Shown here: piece by piece, positions 49,609 to 61,578 of the stretch
Numbering within the stretch: the first letter of the stretch is position 1
Layout: each line of letters opens with the position of its first letter
Source: Escherichia coli
GTDB lineage: Bacteria; Pseudomonadota; Gammaproteobacteria; Enterobacterales; Enterobacteriaceae
DNA: 64,000 nt
NCBI RefSeq assembly: GCF_965641715.1
Contig: NZ_OZ282453.1
Reading direction: 5' to 3' (one strand)
Translations under genes and position numbers: made by a program
The notes under the pieces: generated by a model
What the model was told of the DNA's origin: nothing
What the model saw: only the letters and a program-made list of their open reading frames with translations
The model's database searches: none

Positions 49609-50183
49609 TGGCATTCAGAATGAGTGAACAACCACGGACCATAAAAATTTATAATCTGCTGGCAGGAACTAATGAATTTATTGGTGAAGGTGACGCATAT
49701 ATTCCGCCTCATACAGGTCTGCCAGCAAACAGTTCCTATATTGCACCGCCAGATATTCCGGCTGGCTTCGTGGCTGTTTTCAACAGTGATGAGGCATCGT
49801 GGCATCTCGTTGAAGATCATCGGGGTAAAACCGTCTATGACGTGGCTTCCGGCGACGCGTTATTTATTTCTGAACTTGGCCCATTACCGGAAAATATCAC
49901 CTGGTTATCCCCGGAAGGGGAGTTTCAGAAGTGGAACGGCACAGCCTGGGTGAAGGATACGGAAGCAGCAAAACTGTTCCGGATCCGGGAGGCGGAAGAA
50001 ACAAAAAACAACCTGATGCAGGTAGCCAGTGAGCATATTGCGCCGCTTCAGGATGCTGCAGATCTGGAAATTGCAACGGAGGAAGAAATCTCGTTGCTGG
50101 AAGCATGGAAAAAGTATCGGGTATTGCTGAACCGTGTTGATACGTCAACTGCACAGGATATTGAATGGCCAGCACTGCCGTAG
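49608..50183 (+). CDS. tfaQ: tail fibre assembly chaperone Tfa
   Basis: [41 protein letters not shown]..., 191 aa. Confidence 0.9.
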   Translation: MAFRMSEQPRTIKIYNLLAGTNEFIGEGDAYIPPHTGLPANSSYIAPPDIPAGFVAVFNSDEASWHLVEDHRGKTVYDVASGDALFISELGPLPENITWLSPEGEFQKWNGTAWVKDTEAAKLFRIREAEETKNNLMQVASEHIAPLQDAADLEIATEEEISLLEAWKKYRVLLNRVDTSTAQDIEWPALP

Positions 50184-50280
50184 GGTAAAACATATAAATT
50201 CTATAATTAGATGTATCTTTCCATTTACGGCAAGGAAGGGGGCTTGGAAGACGTAAAGCATCTCACACCGAGATTATTTT

Positions 50281-50871
50281 TTATATGTCAGGTGTCTGAA
50301 GTTTTGCTTTGGCTCTTAAAATGGTTTGCCGCGAGGTTTTGAATTCCCGGGCAATGGCACTTATACTTACACCTGACTTAATTCGTTCGAATACCACCTG
50401 TTTCTGTTCTTCATTTAACACAGGTGGTCGACCAAAACGTTTCCCTGCGCCGCGGGCTCTTACTATCCCGGAATGAGTGCGTTCAAGTAAAAGGTCTCGT
50501 TCAAATTCAGCGACTGCTGAAATTACTTGCATCATCATTTTTCCTGTTGGACTGGTCAGGTCAATGCCCCCCAATGCTAAGCAATGCACTCTGATACCTG
50601 TTTCGGTCAGTTGTTCCACTGTTTTCCTGATATCCATTGCATTACAACCAAGGCGATCCAGTTTTGTCACAATCAATTGATCACCACATTTCAGGCGAGC
50701 AAGCAACCGGTTAAAACCAGGACGCTCACTGGTTGCTGCTGAGCCGCTAATGTGTTCTTCGATTATTTGCTGAGGTTTGATTTTAAAACCTGCACTTTCG
50801 ATTTCCCGGCGTTGATTTTCGGTGGTCTGATCCAGCGTTGATATCCGACAGTAAGCAAAAATTCGAGACAT
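50281..50871 (-). CDS. pinQ: serine-recombinase DNA invertase (Pin/Hin/Gin family)
   Basis: [20 protein letters not shown]... with a catalytic Ser and a C-terminal HTH; 196 aa. Confidence 0.9.
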
Positions 50872-51187
50872 AGTGAGATTCTATACGAAATTGGTGTTCA
50901 TATCATAATGCATCTCAGAAAATAATTTTGATTATTTTTGTACATATTTGTATGTACACGTTCGAAAATAAACGAATGCGTATGCAACCCCGTAATTTTG
51001 GTGAGACCCAAAATCGATTTTGTGAAAAATGGCTTTAACTCGGTTTGTTTTTCGAGTTCCGGGCGGACTCAAGGAAGAAGAATAGTGTTGCGTGTTATTT
51101 TAACCAGATTTCAAGTTGTTTGGTCGTGGAAAAGTGGAGCAAAATGTTGTTAAAGTGGAAAAATGATAAAAAAGTAAGTTTATTATA

Positions 51188-51421
51188 TTACATTTTACCA
51201 TTTAAATTTTGGTTGTCTTTAAGAACTGATATCGCTGTTTGTAATAATTCTTTGTTATCCAGCCATGATTTTTTCTTTATGTTTCCTTCAATGTAATCAA
51301 GCAATGTTCTGGTATTGATAGGTCTTCCCTGTTTTGCTACTTCCACTACAGCATCCCCTAGGATAATTCTTACTTCAGGAAGCTGCGCAGGGAACCACTT
51401 TAGGGTGTCTTTTGATTTCAT
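51188..51421 (-). CDS. ydfK: cold-shock-induced protein YdfK/YnaE family
   Basis: MKSKDTLKWFPAQLPEVRIILGDAVVEVAKQGRPINTRTLLDYIEGNIKKKSWLDNKELLQTAISVLKDNQNLNGKM (77 aa). Confidence 0.85.
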   Translation of the reverse strand: MKSKDTLKWFPAQLPEVRIILGDAVVEVAKQGRPINTRTLLDYIEGNIKKKSWLDNKELLQTAISVLKDNQNLNGKM

Positions 51422-51489
51422 GAAGATATTCCTTAAAATATTATTGATTTTCATTGCGATATTGTATGTCTGATTCAGGATATGTTGGC

Positions 51490-51603
51490 TTATACATCGG
51501 TTTTGTCTGGGTTATTGGATATGCCAATCCCTAATTTTATTAGGGCATGACTAAAAATGCTGAATATGATAAGGAGAGAAGTGATTATCAGTATGCTGTT
51601 CAT
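51490..51603 (-). CDS. possible 37-aa single-TM small protein
   Basis: SD GAGG 5 nt before the [40 protein letters not shown]. Confidence 0.3.
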
Positions 51604-52204
51604 ATAGCCTCGAATTAGTAATGTGTTATATATGATATAGTTGACAATTTTTATCTTGGGTGTTCTTAAAGTTCGTAGATAAACATTGTCGTTTCAGGTA
51701 TACAGGAATGCTAACAGGTGGCAGCAAAAATCAGGCGGTTTATGGCGCAAGCTGAAGCGGCAACTGCAAACTATCTTATGCAGAGACTCTACACGGATTG
51801 GGTTTAAAAGTATACATAGATAACAGTTTTTATCTGAAGAAGAAAAATATCAAGGTGATATAGCCTATATGCCTTTGATGCGGAGGAATGAATGTGATGG
51901 GAGTGATGTATCTGAATAGTTGAAAAACCGCAGACACGCCTTATGCAAGAACGTGCTGCGGTTGGCTGGTAAATTTTTCGATAGTGTGAGTATTGAATGA
52001 TTTCCAGCCGTTCTTGATTTTACGCATAAATCCATGAAAAAACTACTTATCTGTTGGGGAGTTTTTTTGGGGCATATATGGGACAGAAATAGGCCCCAGA
52101 TAGACACTGAGATCGAACTTAGGATGCTTTTTAAAAAATGCAACTATCTGAAAAAACCTAGAAAACGCCAAGGAAACCACAGGATGGGAAAAAACACCTG
52201 TGAA

Positions 52205-52215
52205 TTATGGATTTC
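52205..52215. repeat. attR core (direct repeat TTATGGATTTC)
   Basis: Identical to 6611-6621. Confidence 0.8.
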
Positions 52216-53490
52216 CAGTTATATTCGCTCGGCGCAGCGTTAGTGTTTCATGAAATATTTTTTCCTGAATCATCAACGGCAATGGCGTTAATTCTGGCAA
52301 TGGGAACCTACGGTGCAGGTTATGTGGCGCGTATTGTCGGAGCATTTATTTTCGGCAAAATGGGCGACAGAATAGGGCGTAAAAAAGTGCTCTTTATTAC
52401 CATCACCACGATGGGGATCTGTACCACCTTAATTGGTGTGTTACCGACCTATGCACAGATTGGTGTTTTTGCACCCATCTTGCTGGTGACGCTGCGTATT
52501 ATTCAGGGGTTGGGTGCAGGTGCGGAAATTTCCGGTGCCGGTACGATGCTGGCGGAATATGCGCCAAAAGGTAAGCGCGGAATTATCTCCTCATTTGTAG
52601 CTATGGGAACTAACTGCGGAACCTTGAGCGCAACGGCAATCTGGGCCTTTATGTTCTTCATTCTCAGTAAAGAGGAACTGCTGGCGTGGGGATGGCGTAT
52701 ACCGTTCCTGGCGAGCGTTGTCGTGATGGTCTTTGCTATCTGGTTACGTATGAATCTGAAAGAAAGCCCGGTCTTTGAGAAGGTTAATGACAGCAACCAA
52801 CCGACAGCAAAACCTGCACCTGCTGGTAGCATGTTCCAGAGCAAATCCTTCTGGCTGGCAACAGGGCTGCGTTTTGGTCAGGCGGGTAACTCCGGGTTAA
52901 TTCAGACTTTCCTTGCAGGCTATTTAGTGCAGACGTTATTGTTTAACAAAGCAATTCCAACAGATGCATTGATGATTAGTTCGATTCTCGGCTTTATGAC
53001 CATTCCGTTCCTTGGTTGGTTATCCGATAAAATTGGTCGCCGGATCCCGTATATTATTATGAATACCTCCGCGATTGTGCTGGCATGGCCAATGCTTTCT
53101 ATCATCGTAGATAAAAGCTATGCCCCGAGCACCATTATGGTTGCACTGATTGTGATTCATAACTGTGCGGTGCTGGGATTATTTGCTCTGGAAAACATTA
53201 CCATGGCAGAAATGTTCGGCTGTAAAAACCGTTTTACCCGGATGGCTATTTCTAAAGAAATTGGTGGTCTTATCGCTTCCGGTTTTGGTCCTATCCTGGC
53301 GGGTATTTTCTGCACCATGACGGAATCCTGGTATCCGATCGCCATTATGATCATGGCATATTCAGTGATTGGTTTAATCTCTGCGCTGAAAATGCCAGAA
53401 GTGAAAGACCGTGATTTAAGTGCGCTGGAAGACGCTGCGGAAGATCAACCGCGTGTTGTAAGAGTTGCGCAACCTTCCAGAAGTCTGTAA
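52207..53490 (+). pseudogene. ydfJ: 3' part (427 codons) of MFS transporter ydfJ, separated from its 5' end by the prophage
   Basis: The ATG inside the att core gives MDFQLYSLGAALVFHEIFFPESST..., a multi-TM MFS protein. Joining 6529-6621 to 52216-53490 restores one 455-codon frame. Confidence 0.8.
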
Positions 53491-53578
53491 ATCCTCAATC
53501 CCTTCTCTTACCGGAGAGGGGATTTTTATTCATATAACAAAACATGTAGCTTGCCATATTTAAATTTAAGGAATTGTT

Positions 53579-55039
53579 ATGGGAAATAATTTGTTATCAG
53601 CAAAGGCGACACTCCCTGTTTATGATCGTAATAACCTGGCCCCAAGAATTGTTCATTTAGGCTTTGGTGCATTTCACCGTGCGCATCAGGGCGTGTATGC
53701 CGATATTCTTGCTACAGAACATTTCAGTGACTGGGGATATTATGAGGTCAACTTAATCGGCGGCGAACAGCAAATTGCCGATTTACAACAGCAAGATAAT
53801 CTTTATACCGTTGCGGAAATGTCGGCCGATGCGTGGACGGCTCGCGTCGTTGGCGTCGTTAAAAAAGCCTTGCACGTACAGATTGATGGCTTAGAAACCG
53901 TGTTGGCTGCGATGTGTGAACCGCAAATCGCGATTGTCTCTCTGACAATCACCGAAAAAGGGTATTTCCACTCTCCGGCGACCGGACAGTTAATGCTCGA
54001 TCACCCGATGGTCGTTGCCGACGTGCAAAATCCCCACCAGCCGAAAACAGCAACAGGGGTGATTGTTGAGGCGCTGGCTCGCCGTAAAGCGGCAGGACTT
54101 CCCGCATTTACCGTCATGTCATGTGACAACATGCCAGAAAACGGTCATGTTATGCGTGACGTTGTCACTTCCTACGCGCAAGTCGTTGATGTAAAACTGG
54201 CACAATGGATCGAAGATAACGTGACTTTCCCATCAACAATGGTGGACCGTATTGTGCCCGCAGTGACAGAGGATACGCTGGCGAAAATCGAACAGCTTAC
54301 CGGTGTGCGCGATCCTGCTGGCGTTGCCTGTGAACCTTTCCGCCAGTGGGTAATCGAAGATAACTTTGTTGCCGGACGTCCGGAATGGGAAAAAGCGGGA
54401 GCAGAACTGGTTAGCGATGTACTGCCTTATGAAGAGATGAAGTTGCGCATGCTCAACGGCAGTCATTCATTCCTGGCGTATCTGGGTTATCTTGCCGGAT
54501 ATCAGCACATTAATGACTGTATGGAAGATGAACATTATCGTCATGCGGCGTATGCCTTGATGTTGCAGGAACAAGCGCCGACGCTGAAAGTGCAGGGCGT
54601 TGATTTGCAAGATTACGCTAACCGATTAATTGCACGCTATAGCAACCCGGCGTTACGCCATCGAACCTGGCAGATCGCGATGGATGGCAGCCAGAAATTG
54701 CCACAGCGGATGTTGGATTCTGTTCGCTGGCATCTGGCGCATGACAGCAAGTTCGATCTGCTGGCGCTGGGCGTCGCGGGTTGGATGCGTTATGTCGGTG
54801 GTGTTGATGAACAGGGAAATCCGATAGAAATCAGTGACCCACTGTTACCTGTTATTCAGAAGGCTGTACAAAGTAGTGCCGAAGGGAAAGCGCGCGTCCA
54901 GTCATTGCTGGCGATTAAAGCAATCTTTGGTGATGATTTGCCAGACAATAGCTTGTTTACTGCAAAAGTGACGGAAGCGTACTTGTCTTTATTAGCGCAT
55001 GGCGCGAAAGCGACCGTGGCAAAATATTCCGTGAAGTAA
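53579..55039 (+). CDS. ydfI: mannitol/mannonate-dehydrogenase-family oxidoreductase
   Basis: 486 aa. ...[15 protein letters not shown]... Rossmann N-terminus. Confidence 0.88.
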   Translation: MGNNLLSAKATLPVYDRNNLAPRIVHLGFGAFHRAHQGVYADILATEHFSDWGYYEVNLIGGEQQIADLQQQDNLYTVAEMSADAWTARVVGVVKKALHVQIDGLETVLAAMCEPQIAIVSLTITEKGYFHSPATGQLMLDHPMVVADVQNPHQPKTATGVIVEALARRKAAGLPAFTVMSCDNMPENGHVMRDVVTSYAQVVDVKLAQWIEDNVTFPSTMVDRIVPAVTEDTLAKIEQLTGVRDPAGVACEPFRQWVIEDNFVAGRPEWEKAGAELVSDVLPYEEMKLRMLNGSHSFLAYLGYLAGYQHINDCMEDEHYRHAAYALMLQEQAPTLKVQGVDLQDYANRLIARYSNPALRHRTWQIAMDGSQKLPQRMLDSVRWHLAHDSKFDLLALGVAGWMRYVGGVDEQGNPIEISDPLLPVIQKAVQSSAEGKARVQSLLAIKAIFGDDLPDNSLFTAKVTEAYLSLLAHGAKATVAKYSVK

Positions 55040-55046
55040 AAAAAGC

Positions 55047-55067
55047 AATGCCGCCATCGGCGGCATT
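55047..55067. terminator. bidirectional hairpin between ydfI and ydfZ
   Basis: AATGCCGCC-atc-GGCGGCATT. Confidence 0.6.
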
Positions 55068-55074
55068 CACACGC

Positions 55075-55278
55075 TTAGTTCATGCCGAGACGAATCAGGT
55101 CCAGTGGTGCCAGTTTCTCTTCACAACCTTCAACAACTACGGTTTTTCCGCGGCGGATTTGCTCAGCGGTCAGACCTTCAGTATCAATCGACAGGATCTT
55201 GCCAGTGTGACCGGTGCCGCTAACCATAACACGGCTGCCAGTGGTGATTGCGTTACGGTTACGATCGTAGGTCGTCAT
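55075..55278 (-). CDS. ydfZ: small selenium-binding-type protein YdfZ
   Basis: [67 protein letters not shown] (67 aa). Confidence 0.9.
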
Positions 55279-55454
55279 AGGTGTTTTCTCCTTTCTGATT
55301 TACAGTCGAAGCCCACGTAACGGGCGCAATATAAATACTCCTGTCGAGTGAAATATTTTTTGTTTTTGATCAAGCTCACATCTTTTTTGATGCATGCATG
55401 AGCCATAAGGCGGGGGTAAAGACTCTCACCCCGGATGGGATGAGAGGAAATGAA

Positions 55455-56141
55455 TTACTCTTCGCTAAACCAGTCGCTGTTTTCCTGGCGGATCTGGCGC
55501 ACGGATTCGCTGATTTCCTGCAAATGTTGCGTCATTGCACGTTCTACCGCATCGCCATCACGTTTTTGCAGGGCAGAGAAAATATCAAGATGCTGGCGTA
55601 ACAGCATTTCTGGTGGAGAAACGTGGTCGAAACTCATATAGCGCACGCGATCAACGGTCGCTTTCAGGTTCTCAATGGTATCCCACGCCAGTTGACAGTC
55701 GGCAATCTGCGTCAGGAGTTGATGGAAGTTGTCATCAAGTTCAAAAAAATCATCCAGTTGCTTGCGCTCAATGGCAATGCGTTGCTGGTGAAGATTTTGT
55801 TCCAGTTGGTAGCACTGGCTTTCGGTAATCATGCTCGCCGCCCGACGCGCCACCGCGCACTCAATGGCCTGACGGATAAAACTGCCGTTGCGCACCTGGG
55901 CCATGGAAATTTTGTTGACGTAGCTGCCACGCTGCGGACGAATTTGAATCAGGCCGTTTTCCGCCAGTTTAATAAAGGCTTCACGAACCGGCTGGCGTGA
56001 CACATTGAAACGAACAGAAACTTCTTTTTCCGACAACGGTGTGCCTGGAGCAATCAGGCAATGGACAATGTCGCGACGAAGGATACGATAAATTTGCTGA
56101 TTGACAGGCTGTGTGGGATTAAGTTGCGTTTCGACGGTCAT
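55455..56141 (-). CDS. ydfH: GntR/FadR-family transcriptional regulator (RspR)
   Basis: 228 aa with an N-terminal wHTH ...[40 protein letters not shown].... Confidence 0.9.
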
Positions 56142-56229
56142 TCGTTCTTGCTTGTGAGTGAGTTAACTGCATGAGTCTACCACTTTTTTGTGACAAGCAA
56201 TAACCCGGCAGTTACGCCGGGTATAAAAA

Positions 56230-56976
56230 TTACTGACGGTGGACATTCAGCCCGGCATAGCTTTGGGTAACCGGCATCATTTCCAGGGTATTGATATTGA
56301 CGTGAGCAGGCAGCGTTGACACCCACCAGACGGCTTCGCTGACATCTTCTGGCGTTAATGCAACGGTATTTTGATAGGTTTTTTCCGCTTTACCGTCATC
56401 GCCTTTAAAGCGGACATTGGAAAACTCGGTGCCACCCACCAGACCCGGTTCGATGTCGGTGACGCGCACCGCCGTACCATGCAGGTCCGTACGCAGATTC
56501 AGGCTAAACTGACGAACAAACGCTTTCGTCGCACCGTAAACGTTACCACCGGCATACGGCCAGCTGCCTGCCGTTGAGCCAATGTTAATAATATGACCAT
56601 GATTACGTTCAACCATACCCGGTAAGACGGCGCGCGTCATATATACCAGGCCTTTGTTGTTGGTATCAATCATCGTTTCCCAGTCTTCAATGCTGGCTTT
56701 ATGCGCAGGCTCCATGCCCAACGCCAGGCCGGCATTATTTACCAGGATATCAATATTGCTCCACTCGGCAGGGAGCGATGCCAGCATCTCTTCAATAGCG
56801 GCGCGGTTGCGAACGTCCAGTTGGGCGATGTACAGATTATCTCCCAGTTCGTCTTTTAACTCCTGCAACCGTTCCTGGCGACGGCCAGTGGCGATAACTT
56901 TATGCCCTTGTTGAATAAAACGACGAGTAATGCATTCACCAAAACCTGCCGTTGCTCCAGTTACTAAAACGATCAT
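56230..56976 (-). CDS. ydfG: NADP-dependent 3-hydroxy acid (malonic semialdehyde) dehydrogenase, SDR family
   Basis: MIVLVTGATAGFGE... 248 aa. Confidence 0.92.
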   Translation of the reverse strand: MIVLVTGATAGFGECITRRFIQQGHKVIATGRRQERLQELKDELGDNLYIAQLDVRNRAAIEEMLASLPAEWSNIDILVNNAGLALGMEPAHKASIEDWETMIDTNNKGLVYMTRAVLPGMVERNHGHIINIGSTAGSWPYAGGNVYGATKAFVRQFSLNLRTDLHGTAVRVTDIEPGLVGGTEFSNVRFKGDDGKAEKTYQNTVALTPEDVSEAVWWVSTLPAHVNINTLEMMPVTQSYAGLNVHRQ

Positions 56977-57112
56977 CTCACTGTTCCTCAACGCTTTTGT
57001 GTGTCAATAACATAGCACGTGATGCTTAAGAGCGGGTAATACTGGTTTGCAAGATTGCACTCCGTTATCAGTAAGCCTACGCTATGGAACACCTCGCGTT
57101 CAGGAGAAGAAA

Positions 57113-59158
57113 ATGACAACAATGAATCCTTTCCTTGTGCAAAGCACACTGCCGTATCTGGCTCCTCATTTTGATCAAATTGCCAATCATCACTATCGCC
57201 CGGCATTCGATGAGGGAATGCAGCAAAAGCGGGCAGAAATTGCTGCCATCGCGCTTAACCCGCAAACACCTGATTTCAACAATACTATTCTGGCACTGGA
57301 ACAAAGCGGAGAATTACTTACCCGCGTTACCAGCGTCTTTTTTGCGATGACTGCGGCGCATACCAATGATGAATTACAGCGTCTTGACGAGCAGTTTTCC
57401 GCTGAACTGGCGGAACTGGCTAATGATATCTATCTGAATGGTGAATTATTCGCGCGGGTAGATGCTGTCTGGCAGCGCCGTGAATCTCTTGGGCTTGATA
57501 GTGAATCCATCCGCCTGGTGGAGGTGATTCATCAACGTTTTGTCCTTGCCGGAGCCAAACTTGCACAAGCTGATAAAGCAAAATTAAAAGTACTGAATAC
57601 AGAAGCTGCGACCCTGACCAGCCAGTTTAACCAGCGGTTACTGGCAGCAAATAAATCCGGCGGTCTGGTTGTGAACGATATCGCGCAGCTGGCAGGAATG
57701 AGTGAGCAAGAGATTGCGCTGGCGGCAGAGGCGGCTCGCGAGAAAGGTCTGGATAACAAATGGCTGATTCCGCTGCTGAATACCACCCAACAACCGGCGC
57801 TTGCCGAAATGCGCGATCGTGCGACGCGTGAAAAACTGTTTATTGCGGGCTGGACGCGAGCGGAAAAAAATGATGCCAATGATACCCGCGCTATCATTCA
57901 ACGTCTGGTGGAGATCCGTGCACAACAGGCAACATTACTTGGTTTTCCTCATTATGCCGCATGGAAAATCGCCGATCAGATGGCAAAAACACCTGAAGCA
58001 GCACTTAACTTTATGCGGGAAATTGTTCCAGCGGCGCGTCAACGTGCGAGCGATGAATTAGCCTCCATACAGGCGGTTATCGATAAGCAGCAAGGCGGGT
58101 TTAGCGCGCAGCCGTGGGACTGGGCATTTTATGCCGAACAGGTACGGCGGGAGAAATTTGATCTTGATGAGGCGCAGCTCAAGCCATATTTTGAATTAAA
58201 CACGGTGTTGAATGAAGGTGTATTCTGGACCGCGAATCAGCTCTTCGGTATTAAGTTTGTCGAACGTTTTGATATTCCTGTCTACCATCCTGACGTTCGG
58301 GTGTGGGAAATTTTTGATCATAATGGCGTGGGGCTGGCGTTATTTTACGGTGATTTCTTCGCCCGTGATTCAAAAAGCGGCGGTGCATGGATGGGCAATT
58401 TTGTTGAGCAATCAACGCTTAATGAAACGCATCCGGTAATTTATAACGTCTGCAATTATCAGAAACCTGCTGCCGGTGAGCCTGCGTTGTTACTCTGGGA
58501 TGATGTCATAACCTTATTCCATGAATTTGGTCATACACTGCACGGCCTTTTTGCCCGCCAGCGTTATGCCACGCTCTCCGGTACCAACACGCCGCGTGAT
58601 TTTGTCGAATTTCCGTCGCAAATCAACGAACACTGGGCAACGCATCCGCAGGTATTCGCTCGCTACGCCCGGCATTATCAGAGCGGGGCAGCAATGCCTG
58701 ACGAACTGCAACAGAAAATGCGTAATGCCAGCCTGTTCAACAAAGGGTATGAGATGAGCGAACTGCTTAGCGCCGCACTTCTCGATATGCGCTGGCATTG
58801 CCTGGAAGAAAACGAAGCAATGCAGGATGTCGATGATTTTGAATTGCGGGCGCTGGTGGCGGAAAATATGGATCTTCCTGCTATACCGCCACGCTATCGC
58901 AGCAGTTATTTTGCCCATATTTTTGGTGGCGGATATGCCGCAGGTTATTACGCTTATCTGTGGACGCAAATGTTGGCCGATGATGGTTACCAGTGGTTTG
59001 TTGAGCAGGGCGGATTAACGCGTGAAAATGGGCTGCGTTTTCGCGAGGCGATCCTTTCCAGAGGTAACAGCGAAGATCTGGAACGCCTGTATCGACAATG
59101 GCGCGGTAAGGCTCCTCAGATTATGCCGATGCTGCAACATCGTGGCTTGAACATATAA
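57113..59158 (+). CDS. dcp: peptidyl-dipeptidase Dcp (M3 zinc metallopeptidase)
   Basis: MTTMNPFLVQSTLPYLAPHF...HEFGHTLH zinc motif; 681 aa. Confidence 0.93.
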   Translation: MTTMNPFLVQSTLPYLAPHFDQIANHHYRPAFDEGMQQKRAEIAAIALNPQTPDFNNTILALEQSGELLTRVTSVFFAMTAAHTNDELQRLDEQFSAELAELANDIYLNGELFARVDAVWQRRESLGLDSESIRLVEVIHQRFVLAGAKLAQADKAKLKVLNTEAATLTSQFNQRLLAANKSGGLVVNDIAQLAGMSEQEIALAAEAAREKGLDNKWLIPLLNTTQQPALAEMRDRATREKLFIAGWTRAEKNDANDTRAIIQRLVEIRAQQATLLGFPHYAAWKIADQMAKTPEAALNFMREIVPAARQRASDELASIQAVIDKQQGGFSAQPWDWAFYAEQVRREKFDLDEAQLKPYFELNTVLNEGVFWTANQLFGIKFVERFDIPVYHPDVRVWEIFDHNGVGLALFYGDFFARDSKSGGAWMGNFVEQSTLNETHPVIYNVCNYQKPAAGEPALLLWDDVITLFHEFGHTLHGLFARQRYATLSGTNTPRDFVEFPSQINEHWATHPQVFARYARHYQSGAAMPDELQQKMRNASLFNKGYEMSELLSAALLDMRWHCLEENEAMQDVDDFELRALVAENMDLPAIPPRYRSSYFAHIFGGGYAAGYYAYLWTQMLADDGYQWFVEQGGLTRENGLRFREAILSRGNSEDLERLYRQWRGKAPQIMPMLQHRGLNI

Positions 59159-59202
59159 ACACCACCAATGGCTGTCCTGGAGATATCGCCAGGCCAGCCT
59201 GG

Positions 59203-59721
59203 TTATAGCAGTAACTGCAGCAGCTGGGCGAGGGCAAATCTCACCGCTAAAGCTAATACCGTTTCGCAGTCGCCAGCAAAATGCATAACCGCAGTGTAGT
59301 TCTGGCCTTTAATATGCCACGCGAACCAGACGGTGCCCGCTGGCGTACCATCTTCACCGCCCTCCGGTCCGCCGTAGCCGGTAATGGCAATACTGACATC
59401 AGCATCTGCACGCTCTATGGCACCGGTTGCCATTTCTGCTGCCACTTTCTCACTCACCGCAGAATATCGTTCAAGAGATTGCTGGCTTACGCTGAGGATT
59501 TTCATCTTTGCCTGATCGGTGAAAGTAACAAAGCCTGCACCGTAAAATTTGGGTGTATCTTCAGCTGCACACAGGGCGCTAGCCAACTTACCGCCGGTGC
59601 ATGATTCGGCGGTAGTTAAGCGTAATTGATCCGCGATAAGTCTTTGACTCAACGCGGATGTCAGGTTTTCAATAGTGTCGGTATCTGCGAGTTGTACAAT
59701 TTTATCTTTATTAATGTTCAC
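59203..59721 (-). CDS. ydeJ: CinA C-terminal / PncC-like (nicotinamide-nucleotide amidase family) protein
   Basis: 172 aa. ...TAESCTGGKLA... motif. Confidence 0.85.
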   Translation of the reverse strand: MNINKDKIVQLADTDTIENLTSALSQRLIADQLRLTTAESCTGGKLASALCAAEDTPKFYGAGFVTFTDQAKMKILSVSQQSLERYSAVSEKVAAEMATGAIERADADVSIAITGYGGPEGGEDGTPAGTVWFAWHIKGQNYTAVMHFAGDCETVLALAVRFALAQLLQLLL

Positions 59722-59996
59722 TGTTTTTTGTCCACGCTATTATATGTAAAGGTGATTTGCTTTTTCTGTATGCTCGTCCAATATAATAATTTTCAAACAT
59801 ATAAATACGATTATTCTGAAAATATGTTTAAGACTCTTCAATCTTCTTAACTTTAGTGAGTTAAATTCTCTGAATATTTGACAGCTAGTTGGCTGATTTT
59901 AAATGCCTTATAACAATTGGCAGTATTCTTATTTGGCAATTATAAAAATAGCAACCAGACTTAATAAGTCAAACCAAACGCAATTAAGGAGTTAGT

Positions 59997-60389
59997 ATGA
60001 AATTTCAGGCCATTGTATTAGCAAGTTTTCTTGTCATGCCTTATGCGTTGGCAGATGACCAGGGCGGTTTAAAACAGGATGCAGCGCCACCGCCGCCTCA
60101 TGCAATAGAAGATGGCTATCGCGGAACCGATGATGCAAAAAAAATGACCGTTGATTTCGCAAAAACCATGCACGATGGCGCTTCGGTTTCACTACGCGGT
60201 AATTTGATTTCTCACAAAGGAGAGGACCGTTACGTTTTTCGCGATAAGAGCGGTGAAATTAATGTTGTTATTCCTGCGGCCGTTTTTGATGGACGAGAAG
60301 TTCAGCCGGACCAGATGATCAACATTAGCGGCAGTCTGGATAAGAAAAGCGCGCCGGCCGTCGTTCGGGTCACTCATTTGCAGAAATAA
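59997..60389 (+). CDS. ydeI: periplasmic OB-fold (BOF) stress protein
   Basis: 130 aa with a signal peptide, in K-12 synteny. Confidence 0.85.
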
Positions 60390-60642
60390 AAATAAATTAG
60401 CCCGATGGCCTGAACTACTGGGCCATTAGGGTTTGGGTTATGCTTTTTGTCATCCTTTTATTTACGATAATGCAGAGGTAATTTACAGAATTAAACACTT
60501 TTTTATCCGCTGATTTTGTTTTAAATCACAATGTTATCTCAGATATGACTCATAACTTCGGATTTCTATGAAAATATTGACGTAATTTTGCTTTTCTCTC
60601 GTTAGAATAGCGCGCACAAGGAACTGTGAAAAAGGAGTGGCA

Positions 60643-61533
60643 ATGATCAAGAAGACAACGGAAATTGATGCCATCTTGTTAAATCTCAATAAGGCTATCG
60701 ATGCCCACTACCAGTGGCTGGTGAGTATGTTTCACAGCGTGGTCGCGAGAGATGCCAGTAAGCCAGAAATAACGGATAACCATTCTTATGGACTGTGCCA
60801 GTTTGGTCGGTGGATTGATCATCTGGGGCCACTCGATAACGATGAATTACCTTACGTTCGGCTAATGGATTCTGCCCATCAACATATGCATAACTGTGGT
60901 CGGGAATTAATGCTGGCTATTGTTGAAAATCACTGGCAGGACGCGCATTTCGCCGCTTTTCAGGAAGGGTTACTTTCTTTTACTGCGGCATTAACCGATT
61001 ACAAAATTTATTTGCTGACAATCCGTAGCAATATGGATGTTTTGACGGGATTGCCGGGGCGTCGGGTTCTTGATGAATCCTTTGATCATCAGTTACGCAA
61101 CACTGAGCCTCTGAATCTTTATTTAATGTTGTTGGATATTGACCGATTTAAATTGGTTAATGATACCTACGGGCATTTAATCGGCGATGTAGTATTACGC
61201 ACCCTGGCAACTTACTTAGCCAGTTGGACGCGTGATTACGAAACGGTTTATCGCTACGGGGGCGAAGAATTTATCATTATTGTCAAAGCGGCTAATGATG
61301 AAGAAGCATGTCGTGCAGGTGTCAGAATTTGCCAGTTAGTCGATAACCATGCCATCACACATTCTGAAGGGCATATCAACATTACCGTGACAGCAGGTGT
61401 CAGTCGCGCATTTCCTGAAGAGCCTCTGGATGTGGTCATTGGAAGAGCAGACCGGGCAATGTATGAGGGTAAGCAAACCGGAAGAAATCGCTGCATGTTT
61501 ATTGACGAACAAAATGTGATTAACCGAGTTTAA
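60643..61533 (+). CDS. dgcZ: zinc-sensing diguanylate cyclase DgcZ (CZB + GGDEF)
   Basis: MIKKTTEIDAILLNLNKAIDAHYQWL... with an RYGGEEF active site; 296 aa. Confidence 0.92.
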   Translation: MIKKTTEIDAILLNLNKAIDAHYQWLVSMFHSVVARDASKPEITDNHSYGLCQFGRWIDHLGPLDNDELPYVRLMDSAHQHMHNCGRELMLAIVENHWQDAHFAAFQEGLLSFTAALTDYKIYLLTIRSNMDVLTGLPGRRVLDESFDHQLRNTEPLNLYLMLLDIDRFKLVNDTYGHLIGDVVLRTLATYLASWTRDYETVYRYGGEEFIIIVKAANDEEACRAGVRICQLVDNHAITHSEGHINITVTAGVSRAFPEEPLDVVIGRADRAMYEGKQTGRNRCMFIDEQNVINRV

Positions 61534-61578
61534 GCTCCGTTTAACATTCATTGAGAAAACTGATGCTACTGTGTCAAC

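Noticed and set aside
50938-51296. 71- and 83-aa plus-strand ORFs between pin and ydfK
   Set aside because: They are AT-rich with no SD and low-complexity translations. They overlap the pin promoter region and the ydfK 3' end, so they are probably non-coding.
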